Positions 19,526 through 28,363 of a stretch of 64,000 bases of DNA are shown here, piece by piece. Source of the DNA: Candidatus Latescibacterota bacterium (GTDB taxonomy: Bacteria > Latescibacterota > UBA2968 > UBA8231). Where the stretch lies: NCBI GenBank assembly GCA_964291625.2, contig OZ220089.1, positions 4,096,001-4,160,000 on the forward strand, given 5' to 3'. The stretch's first letter is position 1. Each line of letters starts with the position of its first letter. A program made the translations under genes and the position numbers. A model generated the notes under the pieces. It was not told the origin of the DNA. It was given only the letters and a program-made list of their open reading frames with translations, and searched no databases.

Positions 19526-20545
19526 ATGGATGCCCCGATCCGCGTCGGCCTCATCCGCTGCGACACCCACGGCGCCTACTACGCCGGGCTCTTCGCCGAC
19601 CACGACCCCCTGCGCCTGCAGCGGCCCTTGCCGCCGGGCGATTCCGGCCGCCACTCGTGGCAGACCGGCGGCGCCCACTTCTACTTCTACACCAACTACG
19701 CCAACCCGGCCCTGATGACGGTGGAGCGGGTCGACGGCTTCTCCCTGGCCCGGGTGTGGGACGAGGACCGCGACGTGGCCGAGTGCCTGGCCGCGGTCTG
19801 CCATGGCAGCCCCCGTGTCTGCGACAGCCCGGAGGAGGTCAGCGACGAGGTGGACCTCGTCTTCGTGGCCGACTGCAACGGCGACGGCAGCGACCACCTG
19901 GCCCTGGCCCGCCCCGGGCTGCAGAAGGGGGTGCCCACCTTCGTCGACAAGCCTCTGGCCTTCAGCACCGAGGACGCGATGCAGATCGTGCAGCTGGCCG
20001 AGGGCCACGCCGCGCCCCTGTCCTCGATCTCGATCCTGCGCGTGCTGCCGGTGGCGGCGCGGTTCCGGGGCCGCCTGGCGGAGGTGGGGCCGCTGCAGTT
20101 CGGCACGATCCAGGGGGGCGGCACGACCTTGGCGGGGCACATCCACGCCGTCAGCCTCGCCCAGCTCCTCTTCGGCGGCGGCGTCAAGGTGGTGCGCTGC
20201 ATGGGCGAGACCGAGCTGCACACCTTCCACCTCGACTACGGGGACCGCCCGGACCGCCCCGCCCGGGGGGTCACGGTGAGCTGCGACGTGGGCACCCCCT
20301 GGCACTGCGCCTTCCACGCCAGCGCCTACGGCCCCGGCGGCGCCGTGCACTCGCCGCCCATGAGCGACTTCGACTTTCCCTTCGGCGCCGCCGACATCCT
20401 GCGAAAGGTGCGCGGGATGGTGAACGCCAACGCCTCGCCGCCGATCCTGCGCGACGCCGTGGAGGCCGTGGCCATCGCCGAGACGGCGCGGCGGGCCCAG
20501 GCCAGCGGCGCCGCCGAGGCGGTCCCGGAGCTGCCGCCCTTATGA
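19526..20545 (+). CDS. Gfo/Idh/MocA-like oxidoreductase (divergent)
   Basis: IRVGLI, VDLVFV, HLALARPGL, PTFVDKPLA. Confidence 0.75.
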   Translation: MDAPIRVGLIRCDTHGAYYAGLFADHDPLRLQRPLPPGDSGRHSWQTGGAHFYFYTNYANPALMTVERVDGFSLARVWDEDRDVAECLAAVCHGSPRVCDSPEEVSDEVDLVFVADCNGDGSDHLALARPGLQKGVPTFVDKPLAFSTEDAMQIVQLAEGHAAPLSSISILRVLPVAARFRGRLAEVGPLQFGTIQGGGTTLAGHIHAVSLAQLLFGGGVKVVRCMGETELHTFHLDYGDRPDRPARGVTVSCDVGTPWHCAFHASAYGPGGAVHSPPMSDFDFPFGAADILRKVRGMVNANASPPILRDAVEAVAIAETARRAQASGAAEAVPELPPL

Positions 20546-21006
20546 CCCTGAAAGCCTGCCACCACCACGGCTTCACCGTCTCCAGCCTGGAGCGCTCGAT
20601 CCCCTTCTACCGGGATCTGTTGGGGCTGGAGGTGCTGCGCGTCTCCGAGCGCCGCAACCTGCCCTCGTACGACCGCATGATCGGCTACGACGACATCGCC
20701 ATCGACGTCGCCCTCCTGCGCCACCCGGTGAACGAGTTCCTCCTGGAGCTCTTCGAGTACGTCAACCCCCCGGGGCAGGTGCGGCCCCTGGCCAACCCCT
20801 TCGTCGGTTCCTCCCACGTGGCCTTCGAGGTCGAGGGCATCGACGCCCTGTACGACGCCCTGATCGCCGCGGGGTACACCACCACCAGCCCCCCCGTCGA
20901 CGTCGAGCGCGGCGGCTACGTGGTGGCCCGCGCCTTCTACGCCCTCGACCCCGACGGCATCACCGTGGAGCTCTTCGAGGAGTACGAGGACCTGGTGCGC
21001 CGGTGA
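20542..21006 (+). CDS. VOC/glyoxalase family protein
   Basis: HHHGFTV...FYRDLLG, LLELFEY, HVAFEV, DPDGITVEL. Confidence 0.9.
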   Translation: MTLKACHHHGFTVSSLERSIPFYRDLLGLEVLRVSERRNLPSYDRMIGYDDIAIDVALLRHPVNEFLLELFEYVNPPGQVRPLANPFVGSSHVAFEVEGIDALYDALIAAGYTTTSPPVDVERGGYVVARAFYALDPDGITVELFEEYEDLVRR

Positions 21007-21782
21007 GCGCTCCCCTGGCCCTGGTGACCGGCGCCGCCGGCGGCATCGGCCGGGCCACGGTGACGCGCCTCCTCGGCGACGGCCTGCGCGTCATCGCCCT
21101 CGACCTGGATGCGGAAGGCCTGTCCCGGCTGGCCGCGGAGGAGGAGGCGGGAGGCGGACTGGCGACCTGCGAGTTCGACCTCACCGACATCGCCGGGACC
21201 GGCGATCAGCTGCGCGGCCTGGTGGAGCGCCACGGTCCCGTGACCCGTCTGGTCCTCAACGCCGGCGTCTGGCCCGGCGGCCCCATCGTCGACATGAGCG
21301 ACGAGGTCTGGGACCTCAACCTGGCGGTCAACGTCACCTCGCCCTTCGCCTTCCTGCGGGCCCTGGCGCCGGTCATGGCCGGGGCCGGCGGCGGCGCCGT
21401 GGTCTGCGTCGCCAGCCGCAACGCCTATCGCTCGAGCACCAACAACGCCGCCTACGACGCCTCGAAGGCGGCCCTCGTGGGCCTGATGCGCACCGCCGCC
21501 GGGGAGTTCGCCCGCCACCGCATCCGCGTCAACGCCGTCTCTCCGGGGGTGGTCTCGACGCCGGCCACCCCCGAGGTGGAGGAGCCCCTGTTCAAGGCCG
21601 CCTACCTCAAGCAGATTCCCCTCGACCGTTACGGCACCGCCGGGGACATCGCCGCCGTCATCGCCTTCCTGCTCTCCGACGACGCCGGCTTCCTCACCGG
21701 GCAGGACGTGATCGTCGACGGCGGCCAGATCGCCTGCCAGGACAACGGACGCTTCATGGAGATCCCCGGCCTGCGGGGATGA
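21003..21782 (+). CDS. SDR family oxidoreductase
   Basis: TGAAGGIG, NAG, YDASK, IRVNAVSPG, VDGG. Confidence 0.92.
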   Translation: MSAPLALVTGAAGGIGRATVTRLLGDGLRVIALDLDAEGLSRLAAEEEAGGGLATCEFDLTDIAGTGDQLRGLVERHGPVTRLVLNAGVWPGGPIVDMSDEVWDLNLAVNVTSPFAFLRALAPVMAGAGGGAVVCVASRNAYRSSTNNAAYDASKAALVGLMRTAAGEFARHRIRVNAVSPGVVSTPATPEVEEPLFKAAYLKQIPLDRYGTAGDIAAVIAFLLSDDAGFLTGQDVIVDGGQIACQDNGRFMEIPGLRG

Positions 21783-21795
21783 CAGGAGGCTCGAC

Positions 21796-22557
21796 GTGCA
21801 CGAAGAGATCCGATCCCTCCTCGACTTCAGCGGCCGGGTGGTGCTGGTCACCGGCGCCGGCCGCGGCATCGGCCGCGCCATGGCCGTGACCTTCGCCCGC
21901 GCCGGGGCCCGCGTGGCCCTGGCGGCGCGCAGCGCCGATCAGCTGCAGGAGGTGGCCGCCGAGATCGGCCCCGAGGCCGCCCTGGTGCTGCCCACCGACG
22001 TGGGCGTCGAGGCCCAGGTGCGGGCCGCCGTGGAGCGCATCGTCGACACCTGGGGGCGCCTGGACGTGCTCGTCAACAACGCCGGCCTCATCCAGTTCGC
22101 GCCGCTGGAGCAGATCGAGCCGGAGGCCTGGGACCGGGTGATCGCCGCCAACCTCACCGGACCCTACCTGTGCTGCCGGGCCGCGGCGCCGGTCATGAGG
22201 CGCCAGGGCGGGGGCCGGATCGTCAACATCACCTCGGTGAGCGCCCAGACGGGAGGCGTCAGCGGCGGCGTCAACTACACCGCCTCCAAGGGCGGTCTCG
22301 AGACGATGACCAAGACCCTGGCGCGCGACCTGGCGCCGGCGGGGATCACCGTCAACTCCATCTCGCCCGGCCAGATCGACGCCGACCCGGCCCTGCTCAC
22401 CGACGAGCAGCGGGCCCACGTGACCGGGCTGATCCCCCTCGGGCGGCTCGGCGAGCCGGTGGAGATCGCTCACGCGGCGCTGTTCCTCGCCTCGCCCATG
22501 GCCGCCTACATCACCGGCGCCACCCTCGACGTCAACGGCGGCATCCTCAAGCGCTAG
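21796..22557 (+). CDS. SDR family oxidoreductase (FabG-like)
   Basis: TGAGRGIG, NNAG, YTASK, DVNGG. Confidence 0.92.
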   Translation: MHEEIRSLLDFSGRVVLVTGAGRGIGRAMAVTFARAGARVALAARSADQLQEVAAEIGPEAALVLPTDVGVEAQVRAAVERIVDTWGRLDVLVNNAGLIQFAPLEQIEPEAWDRVIAANLTGPYLCCRAAAPVMRRQGGGRIVNITSVSAQTGGVSGGVNYTASKGGLETMTKTLARDLAPAGITVNSISPGQIDADPALLTDEQRAHVTGLIPLGRLGEPVEIAHAALFLASPMAAYITGATLDVNGGILKR

Positions 22558-22576
22558 CGGTCCCCCGGGGCCCGGT

Positions 22577-24100
22577 TCAGTAGAGGCTGTCGGGCGTCGT
22601 CAGCGGACACCACCGCGACGTGAAGAGGTGGTCCATGAGGCGCGCCCCGGCCTCCGGCGAGACCGGCGCCAGCCGACGCAGGCCGTCGGCGGCGTAGAAG
22701 CGGTTGTAGCGGTTCTCGTCTCCCAGCATCTCCACCAGACCCGGCACCGTCTCGGACGCCGGCGCAGGAGCGTGGCGCAGGGCGATCGCCGCGTTGCGGC
22801 GAACCCGGTAGTCCTCGTCTCGGAGGCAGCGGGAGGCCGCCTCCCACGAGTCGTCGCCCGCATCGGGGAGCCGGCCAAGGGCCTCCAGGGCGTTGCGCCG
22901 CACCCACCAGTGCTCGTCGGCGGTGGCCGCGCACAGGGCGGCCTCGTGGGGGGCCGCGCCCGGTCCCATGTTGCCCAGGGCCCCCGCCGCCGAGGCCCGC
23001 ACCAGCCAGTGATCGTCGCCCAGCAGGCCGGCCGCGGCCTCGGCGCCCCCGGGGGTCACGGCCAGGGCGTGGGCGGCGGCGGGCGCCGTGGGGTTGGTGC
23101 CGTGGGCGTTGTCGGCGGTCTTCGCCGTGGCCAGCTCCCCGGAGGAGGCGGCCTCGCGGCGCAGGCTGCCGGCGAGCAGGCCGGGGCCCTCCCCGGCGCC
23201 GGCCAGGGCGTAGGCGGCGTTCAGGCGAACGGGCTCGGCCTCGTCCTCCAGGGCCCGCGCCAGGGCGGGCACCGCGTCCGCCGCGGCCCCCGAGAGGGCG
23301 ATGCGGTCCGCGGCCCGGGCGCGCTCCGCGGGGGAGCCGGAACCGAGCTGGTCGACCCAGTCCCCGATCGGTTCCTCCGATCCGGCCGCGGAACCGTTGC
23401 CGGACCCGGAGAGCCAGCGCCACACGTCGGAGCAGACGGCGGCGCTCTCCTCCCATGACAGCCGGCCGTCGGTGGTCCCGGAGGCGGCCGGCTCGACGGT
23501 GCGCGCGAACTGGAACTTGAGCATGTAGCGCTTGCGGCCGCTGCGGTTGGCGATCGCCCGGTGCCAGCTGTCGAAGTGGACGATCGCCACCGTGCCCGCC
23601 TCGCCCAGCAGCGGTTCCTCCCTCTCCGTCGCCTTCCGCGGGTCGGGGTCGGAGATCGTGCGGAACCACTGCTGGCCCGGCATGACCCCCGTGGGCCCCA
23701 TGTCGGCGGTCACATCCTGGGGGTAGTAGAAGCCGAGGACCCAGCGGAAGCGGGGGTGGCGCAGGTTGTGATCGAAGACGTAGCAGTCCTTGTGCCACGA
23801 CTGCCCCGGCGAGCCGGGGGGGTTCAGGTGGCAGTGGCGGTGGGGGTTCATCACGTACCCGGGGCCGAGGAGGCTCTCCAAGGCGCCGGCCACGGCCGGG
23901 TCGTCGAAGACCCGCCGGATCTCCGGCAGCCGCGGCAGCAGGTTGTTGCCCGGGTTGCCCTCCTTCTCGAAGAGCTCGTCGATGCTGCTGTAGAGGTCGG
24001 AGTGGAAATCGGCGGGCAGGGTGGTGCGCACCGTCAGGCAGCCGTCGGCAACGAAGCGGGCGCGGGCGTCGTCGTCGAGGGAGTGTGGGTGGCGGTTCAT
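22577..24100 (-). CDS. Phytanoyl-CoA dioxygenase (PhyH) domain fused to HEAT repeats
   Basis: WHKD...WHRA...R Fe(II)/2OG motifs; repeated VRxxAAxAL HEAT units. Confidence 0.85.
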   Translation of the reverse strand: MNRHPHSLDDDARARFVADGCLTVRTTLPADFHSDLYSSIDELFEKEGNPGNNLLPRLPEIRRVFDDPAVAGALESLLGPGYVMNPHRHCHLNPPGSPGQSWHKDCYVFDHNLRHPRFRWVLGFYYPQDVTADMGPTGVMPGQQWFRTISDPDPRKATEREEPLLGEAGTVAIVHFDSWHRAIANRSGRKRYMLKFQFARTVEPAASGTTDGRLSWEESAAVCSDVWRWLSGSGNGSAAGSEEPIGDWVDQLGSGSPAERARAADRIALSGAAADAVPALARALEDEAEPVRLNAAYALAGAGEGPGLLAGSLRREAASSGELATAKTADNAHGTNPTAPAAAHALAVTPGGAEAAAGLLGDDHWLVRASAAGALGNMGPGAAPHEAALCAATADEHWWVRRNALEALGRLPDAGDDSWEAASRCLRDEDYRVRRNAAIALRHAPAPASETVPGLVEMLGDENRYNRFYAADGLRRLAPVSPEAGARLMDHLFTSRWCPLTTPDSLY

Positions 24101-24134
24101 CGCTTCCGTCCTGGCTTGTTCCGGTTTGGGGGAT

Positions 24135-24222
24135 TGGTGCCGGGGAGGGGACTCGAACCCCTACAGGCCTGTGGCCTAGCGGATTTTAAGTCCGCTGCGT
24201 CTACCCGTTCCGCCACCCCGGC
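24135..24222 (-). tRNA. tRNA-Leu (anticodon TAA)
   Basis: GCCGGGGTGGCGGAACGGGTAGACGCAGCGGAC-TTAAAA-TCCGC...long variable arm...GGTTCGAGTCCCCTCCCCGGCACCA. Confidence 0.96.
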
Positions 24223-24245
24223 CGTCCACATGGAAAGGTAGAAAC

Positions 24246-24282
24246 AAAAAAAGGGCCTCACCCGCCGGATGCGGACGAGGCC
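24246..24282 (-). terminator. Intrinsic terminator-like hairpin between tRNA-Cys and tRNA-Leu
   Basis: GGCCUCGUCCGC-AUCCG-GCGGGUGAGGCC-C-U7; 12-bp stem whose G-U pairs form only on the minus strand. Confidence 0.75.
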
Positions 24283-24292
24283 GTTGGAGGTC

Positions 24293-24366
24293 TGGAGGCG
24301 GCGCCCGGAATCGAACCGGGGATATGGGCTTTGCAGGCCCTTGCCTTACCACTTGGCCACGCCGCC
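24293..24366 (-). tRNA. tRNA-Cys (anticodon GCA)
   Basis: GGCGGCGTGGCCAAGTGGTAAGGCAAGGGCCT-GCA-AAGCCC...GGTTCGATTCCGGGCGCCGCCTCCA. Confidence 0.96.
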
Positions 24367-24383
24367 GGAATGCGGGCCGGCAG

Positions 24384-24412
24384 AACCTACCGGGCAGGCA
24401 AGTCCCTGTCAA
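24384..24412 (-). promoter_or_regulatory. Sigma70-type promoter for the tRNA operon
   Basis: TTGACA-17 nt-TAGGTT on the minus strand just upstream of tRNA-Cys. Confidence 0.7.
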
Positions 24413-24486
24413 CGCGGCACTTGCGGTCCCTATATTCAGCGCATGTCCACATCAGCCACCGCTCCGGGGCCCCGCCCTTCGGCGCC

Positions 24487-25341
24487 ATGACCGACGCCGC
24501 TCTCACCGTCGCCGTCCAGGGGGAGCTGGGCAGCAACAGCGAGCTGGCCGCCCGGGAGTACTTCGACGGACGTGACGTCGACGTCCTTCCCTGCCGCACC
24601 TTCGCCGATCTGTTCTCCGCTCTGGACCGCGGAGGCGCCGAGGCCGCCCTGGCCCCGGTCGAGAACTCGCTGGCCGGCAGCATCCACGAGGTCTGGGACC
24701 TGCTCCGCGAGCGGCCCCTGCCGGTGTGCGGCGAGATCCGCCTGCGCATCGGCCACCACCTGATCGCCCCCGCCGGGACCCGTCTCGAGGACCTGCGCCG
24801 CATCCGTTCCCACCCGCAGGCGCTGGCCCAGTGCCGCGAGTTCCTCGACGGTCTTCAGGGCGTCCAGGTCGAGCCGGTGTACGATACGGCCGGCGCGGTC
24901 ATGATGGTCAAGGCTGAGGGGCGGTCCGACGAGGCGGCCATCGCCACCGCCCAGGCGGCGGAGGACAACGGCATGCAGGTCCTGGTCGCCGATCTGGCGG
25001 GGGTCCACAACTTCACCCGCTTCCTGGTCCTGGGCGAGGGTACCGGATCCGGCGGCTCCCCGAAGACGACGGTGGTCCTCGAGATGGACCACACCGCCGC
25101 GGGCCTGCCCGCCGTCCTCGGCCAGCTGACCCGTGCGGGGCTGGAGGTCCTGAAGGTGGAAACCCGCAAGCGGGCGGGCCGTCCCTGGGGCTATCTGGTG
25201 TATCTCGACTTCGCCGGCGACGCCGGCACCGAGCCGGCCGCCGGGGCGCTGGCGGAGTTGGCCGGCCTCGTCGACAGCCTCCACCTGGTGGGCACCTATC
25301 CGGCGGGCATTGCCGCCGAGCCGCGCCTGTACCCGCGCTGA
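24487..25341 (+). CDS. pheA: Prephenate dehydratase
   Basis: PVENSLAG, SHPQALAQC, DTAGAV, NFTRF, C-terminal ACT domain. Confidence 0.9.
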   Translation: MTDAALTVAVQGELGSNSELAAREYFDGRDVDVLPCRTFADLFSALDRGGAEAALAPVENSLAGSIHEVWDLLRERPLPVCGEIRLRIGHHLIAPAGTRLEDLRRIRSHPQALAQCREFLDGLQGVQVEPVYDTAGAVMMVKAEGRSDEAAIATAQAAEDNGMQVLVADLAGVHNFTRFLVLGEGTGSGGSPKTTVVLEMDHTAAGLPAVLGQLTRAGLEVLKVETRKRAGRPWGYLVYLDFAGDAGTEPAAGALAELAGLVDSLHLVGTYPAGIAAEPRLYPR

Positions 25342-25358
25342 GTCCCTCGGTTCGCGCT

Positions 25359-25751
25359 TCAGTCCTCCTGAAGGCGCCGAACCTCCGGCGAGGTCTGATC
25401 GATCCTCCAGACGCCGGGTTGCCCGTCGCCGTCGATGTCGGCGCGCACGACGACGGAGAAGGATTCCCGGTCCACGTGACCGGCCTCGACCTCGTAGATC
25501 CGCATCCAGGTCAGGTAGGGAGCGTACGCCGGATCCTGGGGGTGGAAGAAGCGCCCGTGTCGCCGCAGGTGGTCGATCTCCATCTCGTGGAGCTGTTGCA
25601 GACCCGCCTCCAGCTGGATGGTCAGTCTCTCGGTCACCGTCAGCCGCGAGAACCGCACGATGCCGATACCGGCCAGGAGGGCCAGGAGGAGCCCCAGCTC
25701 CAGCCAGGGCCACCACCGCCGCCGCGGGGCAGGGGAGTCGAACTCGTTCAC
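25359..25751 (-). CDS. Small membrane-anchored protein, type IV pilin-like
   Basis: Basic N-terminus, LE plus hydrophobic helix, LQQLHEME..., ADIDGDG..VWRID. Confidence 0.6.
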   Translation of the reverse strand: MNEFDSPAPRRRWWPWLELGLLLALLAGIGIVRFSRLTVTERLTIQLEAGLQQLHEMEIDHLRRHGRFFHPQDPAYAPYLTWMRIYEVEAGHVDRESFSVVVRADIDGDGQPGVWRIDQTSPEVRRLQED

Positions 25752-27358
25752 GGTGACGGGACTTCCTCAGGCACCCGGACCCGGAGACTCTGGCCGCGCT
25801 CGACGGTCACCTCGCCGCCGAGGGCGACCGGCTCGGCCGGCGTGTAGGGGTCGAGGCGGCCGAGGCCGTGCTCCCCGTCTCCGTCGCGGTCGGCGAAGGC
25901 GGACAGCCGGTATCTGCCGGGGGCGACCCCGGGGAAGGCGAAGAGACCCGCCGAGTCGGCGGCGGCGGTCAGCGCGGGGCCTCCCGGCTGGTGGAGCCGC
26001 ACTCGCACCGGTCCCTTCGCCGCCGCCCAGGCGGCCTTCCCCTCCACCGTCGCCCGGTCGGAGGCCGCGAGCAGCTCGAAGTCGAAAACGGCCGTCGAGT
26101 CCCGCGGGGCGTTGCCGGCCCGGTCGCGGAGGCCGTCGAGCCGCACCTCCAGGCGATGGGAGCCGGGCTCCAGGGGTGGCTCGGGGGTGAAGGCCAGGGA
26201 CAGGGGATCCGACCAACGCCAGCGGCCGGCGGGAGGGGGAGAGGTGGAGTCCCTCGCGGCCCAGTCCTCGCCGCCGGGAACGGCGGAGGGGTCCATCGCC
26301 TCGGAGAAGGTGAGCACCAGGGGGTCCGCCTCGGCGGCCAGGCCCCGCGGGCCGGGTTCGACGACCTCCGGTGGCCGTCGGTCCTCGCGGTCCGTCCCGC
26401 GCACCGGCTCTCGCGGAACCTCCACGTTGCGGCCGGCCAGGAGCACGCTGACGCGGTAGCTCCGGCCCGGCTCCTGCTCGGCGGTGACCACGTGGACCCT
26501 CCTGGAATCCGTGGGCAGGGCGTAGATCTCCTCCACGGGAAGGGTCTCGATCTCCACCAGCAGGTCGGCGGCCTCCACACCTCTCTCGAAGGCCAGCAGG
26601 ATTCGCCGCCGGTCGACGGCGCTGATCCGCTGCACGCGGTTGCCGGGCTTTCTGGGCGCCAGCACGAGCACGCCGGCGTCGGCCTCTCCATCGGTGGACG
26701 CGGCGATGTCGCCGTGGGCGAGACCCAGTGGCTCTCCCGGGTCCGGCCGCTGGTTCCGGTTGCCGTCGACGAAGGCGACCGTGCGGTAGCGGCCGGCGGC
26801 GAGCCGGTCGAACCGGAAGCCGCCGTCGTTCCCGCTCTGGGTGACGTAGGAAGGCGGGTCGACGCCGGTGCGGCCGTCGAAGCGGGCCATGTCGTAGGCC
26901 CAGACGAAGGCGCCCCTCCGGGGCTCGAGGTCCGCTGACAGCAGGTGCCCGGAGAGGCTTCCGGCGTCGAGCCGGCCGCCGGTGGCGAAGGCGAGCTGGA
27001 AGGACTGCTCGAGGCGGTTGCCGCGCAGGTCCCGAGCGTCGGTGCCGATGGTGACGACGTAGGTCCGCTCCTCGGCCAGCCCCGAGGGCACCGTGATCTC
27101 CAGGCGGCGGCCCCTCCATCTGGGGCGGAAGTCGACCCGGGGAGCCAGGAAGACCGCCTCCTCCGTCCGCTCGCGATCCATGGCCTCACTGAAGTCGATG
27201 GTCACCCTCCGTCGGGGGTCGACGCCGGTGGCGTCGGCGGCGGGCTGGTGGGCCACGACGACGGGAGCGGTCTCGTCCACCGGCCCCCCCGTGGGCCGGC
27301 CCTGCTTGGCGCAGCCGAGGGCCGCGGCGAAAGCGGCGGCGCAGAGCAGGCGCGGCAT
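25748..27358 (-). CDS. Ig-like (Big_5-type) domain lipoprotein
   Basis: LGCAKQGRPTGGPVDETAP lipobox; two FSEAMD Ig repeats; DGNRNQ and DRDGDG Ca-binding-like loops. Confidence 0.85.
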   Translation of the reverse strand: MPRLLCAAAFAAALGCAKQGRPTGGPVDETAPVVVAHQPAADATGVDPRRRVTIDFSEAMDRERTEEAVFLAPRVDFRPRWRGRRLEITVPSGLAEERTYVVTIGTDARDLRGNRLEQSFQLAFATGGRLDAGSLSGHLLSADLEPRRGAFVWAYDMARFDGRTGVDPPSYVTQSGNDGGFRFDRLAAGRYRTVAFVDGNRNQRPDPGEPLGLAHGDIAASTDGEADAGVLVLAPRKPGNRVQRISAVDRRRILLAFERGVEAADLLVEIETLPVEEIYALPTDSRRVHVVTAEQEPGRSYRVSVLLAGRNVEVPREPVRGTDREDRRPPEVVEPGPRGLAAEADPLVLTFSEAMDPSAVPGGEDWAARDSTSPPPAGRWRWSDPLSLAFTPEPPLEPGSHRLEVRLDGLRDRAGNAPRDSTAVFDFELLAASDRATVEGKAAWAAAKGPVRVRLHQPGGPALTAAADSAGLFAFPGVAPGRYRLSAFADRDGDGEHGLGRLDPYTPAEPVALGGEVTVERGQSLRVRVPEEVPSP

Positions 27359-27366
27359 GGGGACCG

Positions 27367-28335
27367 CTAGGCCCGGGGGTGGGCCTGCCGGTAGCGGGCC
27401 GTGAGCTCGGAGATGTCCCGGCCGTGGTCCGGGTCGGAGGCCGCGGCTCGGCGGTCCAGGAGGGTGGAGACGAGCCCCGGGTCGGCCCCCGCCTCCAACA
27501 GGTGCCGGGCGCAGGCGGCTCGCAGCTGGCCTGTGCCCCGGTGGCGGCGGGGAGGTCCCGCGGCAGGGGGCCCCGGCGGCGCCCCGAGGTGGCGCAGGTA
27601 GCGGTCGACGATGCGCTGGATCGAGCGCGGGTGCAGCCTGCGGCCCCGGGCACTGACGAAGAGCGCGCCGGCGTCGACGGAGGAGATCTCGCGGGCCAGG
27701 AGCACCTCCGCGCGGCGCAGCAGGTACGCCTGCAGCGCCTCCGCCGCCTGGGGGCCCAGGGGTACGGCGCGAGGGGTGGCGCCGGTGATGCGCAGCCGGC
27801 CATCGGCCAGGCCGAGGTGGCTCAGGTTCAGGTTCACCGCTTCCGAGAGACGCAGCCCGCCGCCGTAGACCAGCTCCAGCAGGGCCCGGTTCCGGGCGCC
27901 GGTGAAGGACCCGCGCTCGGGAAGGGCCAGCAGGGCGCGCATCTCCTCGGGGGTGGGGGGGGCCGCATCGGCGGACGGGGCGGGCGGCCGGACCCCCGCG
28001 GAGGGGTCGCAAGGGCATACCCCCTGGGATCGCAGGAACTGGAACAGACGGCGCACGGCGGCGAGTTTGCGGGCCACGGTTCGCGGCGACCGTCCCGCGT
28101 CGGTCAGATGCCCGGCGAAGGCGGCCACCGCCTCGGTGGGGACGCTGGCCACGGTGGGCGCGGTGACCCGGGTGTGCAGGAAGCGGGCGAACTGGTCGAG
28201 GTCGACGCCGTAGGCGCGCCGGGTCCCGGGGCTGAGGGGGGACCGGCCGAAGGGGCCGGCCTCGGCCAGGGAGGCGAGGAAGAGCTCGACACCCGTCTCG
28301 ACGGCGGTATGCGGGCTCAGGGTCGGGGGGTTCAC
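27367..28335 (-). CDS. XerC-like tyrosine recombinase homologue with degenerate active site
   Basis: TRRAYGVDL, RTVARKLAAVRRLFQFL, RNRALLELVYGGGLRLSE, HLLEAGAD, C-terminal AHPRA; located after topA. Confidence 0.85.
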   Translation of the reverse strand: MNPPTLSPHTAVETGVELFLASLAEAGPFGRSPLSPGTRRAYGVDLDQFARFLHTRVTAPTVASVPTEAVAAFAGHLTDAGRSPRTVARKLAAVRRLFQFLRSQGVCPCDPSAGVRPPAPSADAAPPTPEEMRALLALPERGSFTGARNRALLELVYGGGLRLSEAVNLNLSHLGLADGRLRITGATPRAVPLGPQAAEALQAYLLRRAEVLLAREISSVDAGALFVSARGRRLHPRSIQRIVDRYLRHLGAPPGPPAAGPPRRHRGTGQLRAACARHLLEAGADPGLVSTLLDRRAAASDPDHGRDISELTARYRQAHPRA

Positions 28336-28363
28336 GGGCCAGCGGCGGGGACTCCGCCCTGGA

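Noticed and set aside
16408-19566. 1052-aa ORF suggesting a sigma-PcfJ fusion
   Set aside because: The upstream half is an off-frame reading of the sigma gene; the real start is the ATG at 17952
27367-28335. Integrase marking a prophage or island near the tRNAs
   Set aside because: XerC-type (AHPRA tail, topA context); no phage genes or att duplication seen
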